This document shows, in pieces, positions 1 to 14,020 of a DNA stretch of 64,000 bases (position 1 is the first letter of the stretch; every line of letters starts with the position of its first letter). The translations under genes were made by a program, and so were the position numbers. Source of the DNA: Octopus sinensis (Eukaryota). The notes beneath the pieces were generated by a model. The model had not been told where the DNA came from, did not search any database, and saw only the letters and a list, made by a program, of their open reading frames with translations. Where the stretch lies: contig NC_043001.1 of the NCBI RefSeq assembly GCF_006345805.1, forward strand, positions 108,748,001-108,812,000. The letters run 5' to 3'.

Positions 1-289
1 ATGTGTCACTTCCATATTTTTCAAGAGAGCAGGATGTCACTTGAGGGAGATTTGGCTTATATTTTCAGCAGCTCAAGTGGCCATGTAACAGCTACCTTGC
101 TGGCCCGTGATTTAAAAAGCCATTTTACTATTAAACACACAAACACACTGTTAGATTCAATTTTCTTAATATTTGTGTATTTGTAGTAGTAGTAGTAGTA
201 GTAGCAGCAGCAGCAGTAATTTTTGATTTAGACACAAGGACAGCAATTTTGAGCAGAGTGCGTTAGTCGATGATTTTTCTTTTTTTTTT

Positions 290-689
290 TTTACTTGTTT
301 CAGTCATTAGACTGCGGCCATGCTGGGGCACCGCCTTGAAGAATTTTTAGTCGAATGTATCGACCCCAGTACTTATTCTTTTTTTTTAAAAAAAGCTTGG
401 TACTTGTTCTATCGGTCACTTTCGCCGAATCGCTAAGTTACGTGGACGTAAACACACCGGCACCAGTTGTCAGTTGGTGGTGGGGGACAAACTCAGACCC
501 CCCCCACACACATACATACAGACACATGACGGGTTTCTTTCAGTTTCCGTCTCCCAAATCCACTCACAAGGTTTTGGTCGGTTTGAAGCTATAGTGGAAG
601 ACACTTGCCCAAGGTGCCACGCAGCGGGACTGAACATGGAACCATGTGGTTGGGAATCAAGCTTCTTACTACACAGTCATGCTTGCGCC
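290..689 (-). mobile_element. SINE family A (tRNA-derived, internal microsatellite)
   Basis: Pol III A/B-box-like head, shared body, tail GGCGGTGCCCCAGCATGGCCGCAG..CTGAAAC. Other copies or fragments lie at about 10960, 12715, 17540, 22430, 24524-25225, 26830, 44170, 57160 and 63845. Confidence 0.85.
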
Positions 690-1707
690 TACTGACCCCA
701 GTACAATATTAGGACTCTGTTTTATCGTCCCCAGAGGGGCGAAAGGCAAAGCTGACATCGACAGGATTTGAACTCAGAATGAAGCGAGCTGGAACAAACA
801 CCGCAAGGCATTTTGTTTGATGCTCTAACGATACTGCCAACCCATCATCTTTGTCATCATCATCCAGTGTTTTAAATCCAGGTTTTGTCTCCGTTTACCG
901 GGGTGGCCGGATCTACTTCAATGCCATAGCAACCGAGATAGGTAGGTGCACCCACCCCAACCTTTGGGCTGGCTGGTGTCCATTTTCCTTTGCTATCATG
1001 ATGCTTTTGGGAGCTGGATTTTCTACGGGGAGCATGCCCTTGCTTACCACCAACCTCAGTTTCTAGACATGAGTGGTCCCAAGACCAAGGGCTCTACTAC
1101 GATTTTTAAGAAATGTGGTGGAAAACTAGCTCAGGAAGGCAGGGACGCTACACCCTAATACCCCTTTATAAGTAATAATGATGGTTTATAATTAAGGCGC
1201 AAAGTCAGCAACTTTGAAGACAGAGATGTTGGTTGAGTACATCAATACCAGTGCTTAACTGTACGCCATTTTATCGACCTCTGGAGAAATTAAAGGTGTA
1301 ATTGATCTCGGCGGGATTTGAACTTAGAACGTATAGAGCCGAGACGAATGCTGCAAAACATTTTTCCCGATACCCTAACGATTCTACCAAAGTACTGTAT
1401 CTGTAATAGGGTTAACTTACACTGCACTTTCGAGAGAGAGAGAGGGAAGTGGTGTGCCTGTGGCTAATATGAAGATGTCTGAATCTTAATTTAATAAGTA
1501 AAAGCAAAAATGTGTGTTTGTTTGTCTGTAAATAACAAGAGTCTTATGTTTATGATAAACTACCAAATATTCTTGATCTTTCACAAAATATGATATTTGT
1601 GAACTCTAGCATAATAAAATCATGTCCATGACACACGACATTGTAGTAACAACGTAGATTTTTTTTATCATTACAACAAATCCTTTACAGCTTTGTGATA
1701 TAGATTA

Positions 1708-2210
1708 CACAGGCCAAAAAAAAAAAAAAATTCTGTTGTTAAAAAATTTGGACCTGAACTAGGGGTTTCTTGATACACAGAATCCGAAAATGACATCCAT
1801 TTATTACCATCATGTCAAGATTTTGAGATTCTGAATTCATAGAATTTCATTGTTTCATTTTTTTTTAGTAAAACTGCTTATGAGGAACAAGGCATAATAT
1901 ATAAACATGCATAGAAGTTGATTTTTCTTTAAAACCAGAACATTTTCTTCAAAATTCTGCTGAAAAACTAGCATAATATCTTAAAATTTTGAGACAAATT
2001 TTATCATTGTTTATGCCTAATTTCCCATGAATTTGCATTTAGATGTTTTTGTTGAGTGCTGAAGGTCAAGCAGATCACGAGTCAAATTCCGGCAAAAGTC
2101 CGCCATCTTATGCAAGTCCAGTCTGCCTTGATATCTTTGTTCCATTGATATTTATGTCCTGGTGAAAAACGTTCTCCCTCCTTATTACTTGTACCACCAA
2201 GATTTTTAGG
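1708..2210 (-). mobile_element. 3' end of a DDE DNA transposon, probably CMC/Chapaev-like
   Basis: Frameshifted EGERFHQDI..MEQRYQGR....MADFC at about 2060-2200. Candidate terminus CACAGG at 1708. The superfamily assignment is from recall. Confidence 0.55.
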
Positions 2211-3234
2211 GAATTTATCAAGGTAATACATGACGTATCATAAAATATGTGATATATTATCAAATAATATATCATAACGTGTGACTACATAATGTTAAAT
2301 TGTAACTTGAAAGAGTATCAATCGTAATGTAATATCTCAAAATCTGATAAATCATCATAAAACATGATGTGACGTCACAAAATATTGTAATATTAATGAG
2401 TATGGTATTATTGCACCACAAGATATGATATCGTGTCATCATAAGATATGAAGATTACAAGACATAACACAGTTAGTAATATCACAAAAGAGGATATTAT
2501 ATCATATGATATAATCCCTATTCTACTCTAGGCACAAGGCTCAAAATTTTTGGGGAGAGGGCCAGTCGATTAGATTGACCCCAGTACGCAGCTGGTACTT
2601 AATTTATCGACCCCGAAAGGATGAAAGGCAAAGTCGACCTCGGCGGAATTTGAACTCAGAATGTAAAAGACATGAAATACTTCTGAGCATTTCGCCCGGC
2701 GTGCTAACGTTTCTGCCAGCTGACCGCCTTCGTAAGATATAATACCGTAACAACATACCATATGGTATTTAGCACTATAAGACTTAATATTGTAACATCA
2801 TAGCATATAATATTATGGCGTATAAAGGTAAGCGCTGGTAGAGTAGTTACAGCCCTGGACAAAATTCTTAGTGGTATATCTTCTGACTTTACGTTTTGAG
2901 TTCAAATGCTGCCGAGCTAGACTTTGCCGTTCCTCCTTTTGGTACCGATAAAATAAGTACCAGTTGATAGAATCGACTACTCGCACTCTCACCCGAAGTT
3001 ACTGGCCTTGTGCCAAAATTTGAAACCAGTATCTTGGAGAGGAACATAATTTTACAGAAGTTAAGATTGTGTTGTAGTTGTCTTGCATAAGACAAACTCC
3101 TAGTTTTTTTTTTGTGGGGGAAAAAAAAAGATTGTGGAAAAAACAAATTTAATGTTTTGTCATATACCCATATTCTCGATATTCCACCCGTCATACGGTC
3201 GTATCAGACGTACGGCAATATTTTGTTATATATA

Positions 3235-3631
3235 TCTATATATCTCTATATATAAAGCTGAAGTTGTCTGTGTATGGCAGGTTTGGTAGCCTTCAACTAA
3301 CACTATCTCCTCCAAGACCCTGCGGCGCAAGTTGACCAAAATTGAGAGTATGATAGAAGAAGGCTTGCTTTTCATTCCGTAGAAGATAAAATTCAAATCG
3401 GACCATGTGAAGACCAAAAATTATTTACATCAAAAAGGTGCTTTCTTCTATGAAAATCCCTATTTTTAACGATTTTTTTACTGCTGTGTCGCCATTTTTC
3501 GGTGTATTTCCACCAGAAAAATATTCACTTAAAGAGAATAACAAGCTACAGAATGCAAAATTTTTACTTTTCAAAAATTCCAATTCTAAAGGGTCGAAAC
3601 AAACCCGAGCAACGCCGAGCGATACTGCTAG
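3235..3631 (+). mobile_element. Non-autonomous Helitron
   Basis: 5' A|TC start. 3' GC hairpin CCCGAGCAACGCCGAGCG followed by CTAG|T at 3628-31. Confidence 0.75.
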
Positions 3632-4263
3632 TTTAAGAATAAAAATAGCGCGTCTTATACACCGACATATTCGGCAATATACTACGATAGAATAGGACAG
3701 CAGAATTGTTAGTACGCCGGGCAAGATGCTTAGCGGCATTTCGTCTGTCTCTTCGTTCTGAGTTCAAATTCCGCCGAGGTTGACTTTTCTTTGCATCCTT
3801 TTGGGGACGATAAAATAAATACCTGTTGAACACTGGGGTCGATTTCATCAACTTGGCCCCCCACCTCCAAAAACTGCTATCCTTGTGCCAAACTATGAAA
3901 GCAATATACTACGATAGAATATGATAATGTAATACCATAGAATAGTAATATTATAATCACGAAGTATGATAATGTGATGTCACATGATATCATAATTTGA
4001 TATCACATGATTAAACATTGTAATACCGCGAGATACGATATCAGAACGTCACACATCGCACATCGCACACAAGAAAGAACAATATGGTATAACAAAATAT
4101 GAAGTTGCGACATCGTTGAGAAGGAATATTATTATAACATATCCAAATACGATAAAAGCCACAGTTTAATAACGATACAATGTAGAGTATGATATAAATA
4201 TTTTATAACATTAGAGTGTATCGATATGGTAACATCACAGAGTAACTTACGGTTTTTCTCCTT

Positions 4264-4498
4264 ACTCTTTTTTGTTTTACTCTTTTACTTGTCTCAGTCA
4301 TTTGACTGTGGCCATGCTGGAGCACCGCTTTTAGTCGAGCAAGTCGACCCTAGGACTTATTATTTGTAAGCCTAGTACTTATTCTATTGGTCGCTTATGC
4401 CGAACCGCTAAGTTACAGGGATGTAAACACACCAGCATCGGTTGTCAAGCGATGTTGGGGGGGGGACAAACACAGACACACAAACACACACACACACA

Positions 4499-4548
<50 letters not shown>

Positions 4549-4720
4549 CATATAAACGACGGGCTTCTTTCAGTTTCTGTCTACCAAATCCACTCAGAAG
4601 GCTTTGGTCGGCCCCGAGGCTATAGTAGAAGACACTTGCCCAAGGTGCCACGCAGTGGGACTGTACCCGGAACCATGTGGTTGGTAAGCAAGCTACTTAC
4701 CACACAGCCACTCCTACGCC
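4264..4720 (-). mobile_element. SINE family A, full length
   Basis: Head GGCGTAGGAGTGGCTGTGTGG, internal (TA)(CA) tract, (AAAAGAGT)-like tail. Confidence 0.9.
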
Positions 4721-5639
4721 TATATAAAGATAACCATTATGAAACGAGTAACTTACGATTTTTCTCCTTGTAAAGATAACCATTATGAAGCGACCGGTGT
4801 AACTTCCAAGAAGAATTTGGTATCCGAAACGAAATGTTTTCCGTAGTATACAGAGGGTGTATATTTGTCCTCTTTTTATCTCTCTCTACGTTCATAGTGC
4901 GTTTTTATATTGTGTATATGCATGCATATATGTAATGTATGTATTTTTCGGGGTCGATAAATAAAGTACCAGTTTCGCACTGGGGTCGATGTAATCGACT
5001 TAATCCCTTTGTCTGTCCTTGTTTGTCCCCTCTGTGTTTAGCCCCTTGTGAGCAGTAAAGAAATATATACGTAATGTATGTATGGATGCATGTGCACACG
5101 CGTATTAAATTATATTATATATACATATGTATATATATATGCGTGTACATATAAGCATATAATATCTGTGTGTGTGTTTGTGTGTGAGTGCGTTCAAGTA
5201 TGTTAGAAGTTATCTTGCTCAATTTTCAAAAAAAAACCTCCAAAAAACTCTCTCTCTCTCTCTCTCTCTCTCAGTAATTTTACGGTGTGGAAAGCGAGAA
5301 GACCCAAAACACAAACGGAACAAAAGTTTGGTTGGAGTAATTTTAAGCTTTTTTTGTTATTTAATCATTCCGATATTAAGTTGGTGTCTTGTCTGTAGCA
5401 TTTAAACGATAGCTACTGCTTTAGCTTGTCTATCTTCCGTGATGCCTCACGTCTCATAAATATATTCTTTCTCCCCTTACTCTCTATCTCTCTCTCTATT
5501 TCAATGAATCAGTTTTATTTTTTTATCGTCTGTCCGCTTAAATTCCAGATGGAGAGGAAGAGGGGAAATAGAAAGAGAGAGAGAGAGAGAGAGAAAGAGA
5601 GAGGGAGGGGGACTGTTTCGTTTGTCTAACTGCTTGCGT

Positions 5640-6240
<601 letters not shown>

Positions 6241-6380
6241 GTGTAAAGATGATAAATATTGACAAGCCCTTCTTCTTACAATACAGTAACTCATATCTGT
6301 AAGGTATAAACCACAAACAACATTTAACATCTGCTAATGACGTCCATCTTCGACTTTCCCCACTCACGATGATGACTACG

Positions 6381-6426
<46 letters not shown>

Positions 6427-7302
6427 ACAACAACAACAGTTGTAGCAGCAGCAGCAGCCTGGTTGATGTGTGGACACCAATTAGCAACGAAGTGTCGGAC
6501 AAGCCTTTCGTCAATTTTTTTGCAAACATCAACTAAAAATTTTTCTTTTGCTTTCCTTTTTTTCTTTTTTTTTTTTTACCTTAAGAGACAAACAGAGGCT
6601 CTTTGTGTAAAGGTAAGCGTCGGTGTGTGTGTGGTCAGACCAGGTCGGTTGGGGTTTTGCTTTTACGACAGAAAGTGTCTCTTCTATCAATGAAGATAAA
6701 CTACGGTCGTTTTTAGCTAATGCTGACATTGTGGATATTGTTATTAATGTTGTTGTTGTTGTTGTTGTTGTTGTGGGTGCTGTCTTCTTCTTCTTCCAAT
6801 CAGGACTCACGCCATTAACCACAAAGAATAAATCTCTAGTTCGAGCCTACTCTAAGCTACTAAGAGTGCGTGCGGCAACTTCAAGATCCACCCACCACAC
6901 GCGATAGACTGGCGGTTGCACGGGTGCGAAAGCTACGTTGTTATCCTCATTCCGTAAACGGTGGCTTTTAACGGGTGGAGAGCTGAACCATCCTGGGGTA
7001 CAGAGGATTCGCAATCTAGACTGGGATCTGAAAGTTTACCACACCATAGTGGGTTACACCATGGTTCCTCTGCTTTGTGGCAGAAGTAGGAAGTTGTGGT
7101 GAAAGAGTACAGCGGGGTTCACACCCCACCCCGCCGGAGCCTGGTGGAGCTTAGGTGTTTTTGCTCAATAAACACTCACAATTCCCAGTCTGGGAATCGA
7201 AACCGCGTTCTTACGACCGCGAGCCCGCTGCCCTAACCACTGGGCCATTGCGCTTCCACTGTGGTTGCTGTTGTCGTTACTGTTCTTGCGCTGAGTGGCT
7301 TA

Positions 7303-8020
7303 GTGGTTAGGGCAATTCGGCTCAGGATCGTAAGGTCGTAAGTTCGACTCCCGGCGGCGCGTTGTGTCCTTGAGCAAGACACTTTATTTTGCGTTACTCC
7401 GTTCCATTCACCTGGCAAAAAGGCGCAGGAGTGGCTGTGTGGTAAGTAGCTTGTTTACCAACCACATGGTTCCGGGTTCAGTCCCACTGCGTGGCATCTT
7501 GGGTAAGTGTCTTCTACTATAGCCTCGGGCCGACCAAAGCCTTGTGAGTGGATTTGGTAGACGGAAAGTGAAAGAAGCCCGTCGTATATATGTATATATA
7601 TATATATGCGTGTGTGTGTTTGTGTGCCTGTGTTTGTCCCCATAGCATTGCTTGACAACCGATGCTGGTGTGTTTATGTCCCCGTTACTTAGCGGTTCGG
7701 CAAAAGCGACCGATAGAATAAGTACTGGGCTTACAAAAAAGAATAAGTCCCGGGGTCGAGTTGCTCGATTAAAGGCGGTGCTCCAACATGGCCGCAGTTA
7801 AATGACTGAAACAAGTAAAAGAGCAAAAGAGTAAAAGAGTACCTGTAATTCAAAGAGGGCCAGTCTTGTTACATTCTGCATCGCGCTGAATCTCCCTGAG
7901 AGCTACTTTAAGGGTACGAGTGTCTGTGGAATACTCGGCCACTTTCACGCTGATTTCACGAGCTGGCTGTTCCGTCGACCGGATCGATTGGAACCTTCGT
8001 CGTCGCAACCGACGAAGTAC
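7303..8020 (+). mobile_element. SINE family D (CORE-like central domain), interrupted by SINE A
   Basis: A box TGGCTTAGTGG and B box GTTCGACTCC. CORE-like GTTGTGTCCTTGAGCAAGACACTT. The 3' tail is shared with family C. Other copies lie at 37960-38278, 38643-38960 and 63715-63830. Confidence 0.75.
7421..7840 (+). mobile_element. SINE family A, full length, nested in SINE D
   Basis: Complete head, body and tail. It interrupts SINE D, whose halves lie at 7303-7420 and about 7841-8020. Confidence 0.9.
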
Positions 8021-8145
8021 CAGTTCTTAGCTCTTGCTGTTTATTTCTATGACAACCCTGATTAAAGATAGATATTCCAACCGTGACCATCCCGTCTTAT
8101 ATGCACAAAACCCAGGGCCACGTGATACATTCGTCATTTTCTACC

Positions 8146-8293
8146 TGGCATGCACAACTTTTTTTCGAGAAGCGGGCCGCATGAGACACGGGTCATCATT
8201 TAACGGGCCGCACTACAAAAAAAAAATCAAAGTAATTTTATGTTAGGCATTGCTATTCAGAAGGTCCCGCGGGCCGCAGTTTGCCTATGGATG
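8146..8293. mobile_element. Short hAT-like MITE
   Basis: Ends TGGCATGCACAACTT and AGTTTGCCTATGGATG, with internal GCGGGCCGCA motifs. Confidence 0.4.
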
Positions 8294-8807
8294 TTCTAAA
8301 ACCGTGGCATTTGATTTGAGGCAGATTAAGCTACTTTTTCTTACAGGTCCAGTGATCTCGTACAAGCCCCTTCGCTAATTCGAGGTTACTGTCGCTGGCT
8401 ATTAATAGAGGTGCAACTGTTGTTATTATTGCTTTCGTTATTGTTATTTAACAAGGTGGCAAGTTGGCAGAATCGTAACAATACCGGACAAAATGTTGAG
8501 CAGCATTAAAATCCGGCTCTTTATGTTCCGAGTTGAAATTCCGCAAAGGTCGACTTTACCTGCCATCCTTTCGAAGCACCATTCAGCTCTGGCAGACGCG
8601 GTCCCAGAAATTTTTCGAAGGCACAAGGTCAGAACAGAATACAACTTCAGGAGAAAAAGGCGTAATAACATTATTTAAAAGGGCGCACTTCTTTTCTTAA
8701 GGGGTCACGTGCTCCTCAGACCCTCCCCCACTCCTTGGGTCCGCCCCTGCTGGGGTTGATGTAATCGACTCCCCCACCCGTCAAATTTGCCGGTCTAAAA
8801 TTAGAAA

Positions 8808-8970
8808 GGACGCAGGAGTGGCTGTGTGGTAAGTAGCTTGCTAACTAACCACATGGTTCCAGGTTCAGTCCCACTGCGTGGCACCTTGGGCGAGCGTCTT
8901 CTACTATAACCTCGGGCCGACCAAAGCCTTGTGAGTGGATTTGGTAGACGGAAACTGAAAGAAGACTGTC

Positions 8971-9062
<92 letters not shown>

Positions 9063-9270
9063 TTGTGTGTTGTGTTTGTCCCCCAACATCGCTTGACGAC
9101 CGATGGTGGTGTGTTTACGTCCCCGTAACTTAGCGGTTCGGCAAAAGCGACCGATAGAATAAGTACTAGGCTCACAAAGAATAAGTCCTGGGGTCGATTT
9201 GCTCGACCAAAGGCGGTGCTCCAGCATGGCCGCAGTCAAAATGACTGAAACGAAAAAAAAGAATAAAAGA
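8808..9270 (+). mobile_element. SINE family A, full length
   Basis: Matches the other A copies; expanded internal (TA)n. Confidence 0.9.
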
Positions 9271-9719
9271 AAGCCTGCAAGCTGACAGAACGACTTGCAG
9301 GACACGATGCTTAGCGGCATTCATTTCTGGCTCTTTACGGTCTGATTTTAAATTCAGTAAAAGCCGAATTTGCTTTTTGTCTTTTCAGGGTTGATAAAAT
9401 AAGTACCAGCTGTGTCCTGGGGTCGATGTATTTGTATAACACCCTCCTTCAAAAATTGTTGGCTTTGAGCCAAAATTTGAGACTATATAGAGAGCGGCGT
9501 GCTGGTTGAGTCGTTAGCACACGGGCAAAATGCTTAGCGGTAACTGTACCAGCTTTACGTTCTGAGTTCAAATCTTGCCAAGGTCAACTTAGCTTTTTAT
9601 CTTTTCAGGTTCGATAAAATAAGTACTAGTTGAGCAACAAGGGTTGATGTAATCAACTAACTCGCTTCCCGCAGAACTTCAGGTCCTTGTTCTCATAGTA
9701 GAAAGTGTTACTGCTATTT

Positions 9720-10340
9720 AACCCTAGGTCAGCACTGACAAGCATTCTAGCCGCGAATATCCGGTCTTTTCAAGGTTGTATAGGCGTATAATATTTAATA
9801 ATGTTTCCCTTATTCAAAACGGTATGGTGTAATTTGGGGCAATTTGGTTATTATATCTAGCAGGCCCAGAGTTTGCTTACAGATCCACCCATTGGTTGTT
9901 TTACATGCAATTGTAGTGAGTGATGTTGTTGTTTTTGTTTAGCCCAAGGTCAGGTGTGATGGAACCGATCTATGATTAAAGAGTTCCACATCTGACCATC
10001 CATCCATTTCTTTTGTTCACCAGCGGTTATATTGTCCCGAGTGTTTTCTTATTTTAAGACGACAACATTTGATTTGAGGTAGGTATGTCTGCTATTTCTA
10101 GCAGGGTAAGCGTTCGCTGTTAGGACCCCACCCCATTGGTTGTTTTACCTGTGATTGTTGTAATAACGGTTGTAATTCTTGTTTAGTTCAAGGTCAGACG
10201 TTATGGAGGAGACCTACGCTCAACGACGTTCCAGCTGTGACCATCCTCTACCAGGTGTTACTTTATTTTCCAGACTGTTTTATCTTAAGACGTCAAAGTT
10301 TGGTTTGAAGATTTGGCTGCTATTTTTAGCAGGTCTAATG
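9720..10340 (+). repeat. Three decayed tandem units (about 220-245 bp) of a dispersed repeat (family E)
   Basis: Recurrent AGGTCAG..TGACCATCC..GATTTGG..CTATTTCTAGCAGG. CCCATTGGTTGTTTTAC occurs at about 9888 and 10132. Related pieces lie at about 40-90, 8040-8380, 19960-20130 and 14930-15030 (minus). Confidence 0.6.
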
Positions 10341-10502
10341 GCGACATGATCTCTTACCTTTAATATTTCACACACTCATCTTTTACTTCTCTGTCTGTCT
10401 GTCTGTCTGTCTATCTGTCTGCCCGTCTCTCTCTCTTTCTCTCACGATTTCTCTTTCCTATCCTCTCGTCTCTGACTTTTCTTTCTTTCTTTCTTTCTTT
10501 TT

Positions 10503-10589
<87 letters not shown>

Positions 10590-10857
10590 ATCCCTCTCCC
10601 CCTCTCTCCCTGTTTCTGTTTCTCCTCTCCTCTCTCTCTTTCTCCCTTTTGTCCTCTATCGAAACCTGTCTTTGTCTGGGTCATGAAAATTTCCTGCTGA
10701 GGTAATAATATAGATAAGCACGTGTACGTGTGTGTTTGTGTGTGTGTGTGTGTATTTGTGTGCGTGTGTAGGCATTGGTGTATGTACATAAATAAGTATC
10801 CGCACCATGCGTGTGCGCGAGTGTATGCGAAAGAGAGAGAGAGAGAAAGAAAGGCAA

Positions 10858-10895
<38 letters not shown>

Positions 10896-11229
10896 CTGAG
10901 GACGATCTACTTCTTTCTTTCCTCATTCCACCAATAACCTCATCGTACACACACACACACACACACACAAACTTATGCATGTGTGCGTGCGTCCATGATT
11001 ACCACTTGACAACCGGTGTTGGTGTGTTCACGTCCCGTAACTAAGCGGTTCGGCAAAGGAGACATAGTGTAACTACTAGGCTTTAAAGAAACTACCACCA
11101 CCACCACCACAACCACCATTATCACTACCATCACTGATGGTAGTGATAATGGTGGTGGTGGTGGTGGTAGCAGTGATTATATAACTATGTGTACATCTTG
11201 TAGGTCATGTCTTGTAACTCCTTCTTTGC

Positions 11230-12715
11230 AGCACGTTTGGTGCATGAATGAATGGACCCTTGTAGCAAATAAAGACAAATGTTTATTTAGCAAAGACCAA
11301 ACCTGGGCGTTTGGCATGTGTTTAGTCGTCAGGTATTCACGATCCTCAAATACTCTAATCAGTCGGCAATACGTTAAAGTGGAAGTTCCGTATTAGACCC
11401 CCCCGAAGACAGTGGTGTAAATCTACTGGCTGGTCTGTTCCGGAGAAATTTTGGACTCAGCTCAGGAATAATTTCCAGAACTCCATGGAATGACAATGCT
11501 ACTGGGGTACATAGCTGGCTCGGGATTAATTCGAGAGGCACGGAATTACTACCAGCTGGGTTTCTCCGAGTTGAGTATAGGACAATAAAACATTCATAAC
11601 CTCGCTTTAGTCCTCTTGGAAGTCTGGACCAAACCAAACCAAACCAAACTCCGAACATTTTAACCGGCCCGTTCACTCACCGTCCCATGATGCCGTGAAG
11701 TTGCATGGATCCGCTTTTCCAGGTGCGGAACTTCAAACCCATCCACCTTAAAATTTTTTTTTGTCCAGTCATCGTTTAGTACTCCGTTAGAGCAGTGTCA
11801 ATCACCTCGATGTATTTAGTATCCGACACTGCTACAGTGACGTCGTCTGCATATACTGATACGGCTCTTTTTGAACCCTAGTTCATGCGCGGCACCCCTC
11901 GAAACCTTTAACTTCACAGAAGTGGCTTTAGCACTAGCACGTACAGAAGGGGCGAGAGAAGACAGGCTTGACGGATCACACGCATAATACCGAACAATTC
12001 CGATACATAAGTTAGGTATTCTAATAATCGAGCAGATGTCGCTGTAAATTGCAGCGATCCAGCCTTTGAACACGAGATCAAAACTGGCCGCTGTAAGGAC
12101 AACCTCCTAATATTGACAATCTTATTGAAAGTTTTCAATTAATTTAAATTGATCAGGGTCTCATACCCGTCAAGTTCCTTAGTCACCCTATCTTGTTATA
12201 TCGCATGAGGTGGAGGCTGTCGTGGATAGATTTATTTGGAATGGTACATGTCTTTACCTAAATGATCAGAGTATCGAAGACAAGTACCAACTTGATCGCA
12301 AACACCTTGACCAAAAACTTGAGTTCTGCGTTAAGCAGACAAAAAGTTGCTCAAATTCACCCTTGTTTTTCGGATCCGTTTTCAACAATACCACTATACT
12401 GTGTTTCATAGGATTGTGAATTCTCCCGTTCCGTTGCCAGTTGCTGTCGATGTCTATCAAAGGGCATCCAAACAAGTCAGGCATAAGAACATGAAACTCG
12501 TACGGCAAGATATTTAATCTCGGCAACTTCCCCAATGCAACTAGCTATTGCTTCCCGTATTTCATCAGCTGTCATCGGCCTTCCGTAAGACGGTGTGTCT
12601 CCAGTCGTGAACTTCGATAGGCCATCGGTAGGTGACAAACCAAATCGAGCCCCATCTCTGCCCAACCACTCACCGCAAACAGTGGAAAACGGTGCCGCTG
12701 AAGAGCCTCGGCTAA
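11230..12715 (-). mobile_element. Tx1/L1-clade LINE ORF2 (RT) fragment, degenerate
   Basis: Minus-strand pieces include TADEIREAIASC, PYEFHVLMPDLFG, SIVVLLK, RQACLLSPLLYVLVL, AYADDVTV and PVKMFGVWFG. Many frameshifts. Confidence 0.8.
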
Positions 12716-12781
12716 GCAAAGCTTCGGGCCAACCAAAAGCCTTGTGAGTGAATTTGTTAGACGAAAACCCAAAGAAGCTCA

Positions 12782-12830
<49 letters not shown>

Positions 12831-13047
12831 AACAAACAAACAAACTTATGTATGTATGTGTGCGTGCGTCCATGATTATCGCTTGACAACTGGTGTTGGT
12901 GTGTTCACGTCCCGTAAATAAGTGGTTCGGCAAAAGAAACATAGTGTAAGTACTAATCTTTAGATAAAAGAAAAGTACGGTGGTGAATGGGTGGTAGTGC
13001 TCCAGCATGACCATAGTCTTATGATAAATAAAAGGAAAAAGAGAGAA

Positions 13048-13099
<52 letters not shown>

Positions 13100-13103
<4 letters not shown>

Positions 13104-14020
13104 TGAAGACGCTATGCACCTGTAACGTGAGTCGGATGAAATATACAAGTGGGTTAAGAAGAATAACATGCGGTTTAATGCTGAAATGTTCTAAGCAAAA
13201 CTAAATGCAATACCAATAAAATACACTGGACTTGGAGAAATTACAGTCCCAGAGACAGAGTCAGTGCGCGACCTGGGCATTTACATGAGTGATGATGCAT
13301 CCTTTGATGTACATGTTGCTAAGTTGGCAATGAATTGCAGACAGCTGACCGGATGGATTCTTAGAACTTTTAAATCGAGAGATCAGGAAACCATGCTGGT
13401 CCTCTGGAGGACATTTGTCCTAAGCCGCTTTGACTATTGCTCCCAGCTATGGTCACCAAGCAGTGTAAAAATAATTGCAGAACTTGAGGCAATCCAATGA
13501 AGCTACACGAAGAAGATAGCCTATATGCAGCATGTAAGCTACTAGGAAAAACTTCAGAGGTTGAGACTCTATTCCCTGGAGCGTAGGCGGGAAAGATATG
13601 CCGTAATATACATCTGAAAGATCCTGGAGTGACTCGTCTCACACTTTGGCATTGAGAGTTACACTAACGCTAGAACGGACCGCCACTGCATAGTGCTAAA
13701 GATTCCAACTTTGCTATCAAAATATAGTACAAGATATTGCAACAGCCTGCGCTTTAAAGGACCACAGCTCTTCAATATCCTTCCAAAGGACCTGAGAGAC
13801 CTGCATGAGATGGATGTAGGTGTTTGTAAAACGAAACTAGACCCCTTAATGTCAAGTGTTCCAGATGAACCAACTTCACAGCAGGAAGTGCAAATGAGGG
13901 TACCGGCGTCAAAATCCCTCATGGACCAAATATCAAGTTCCAAAATGAATTCGTGAAGTAAAAGTTATGTAGCAACACCACATGGCGGTGCCCCAGCATG
14001 ACCACAGCTGAGCTGAAACC
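13100..14020 (+). mobile_element. 3' portion of a CR1/L2-group LINE, degenerate
   Basis: Motifs VRDLGIYM, WILRTFKSRD, FDYCSQLWSP, LYSLERRRERY and FKGPQLFNILP, with stops. A short 3' end reads GGCGGTGCCCCAGCATGACCACAGC..CTGAAAC. Confidence 0.85.
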
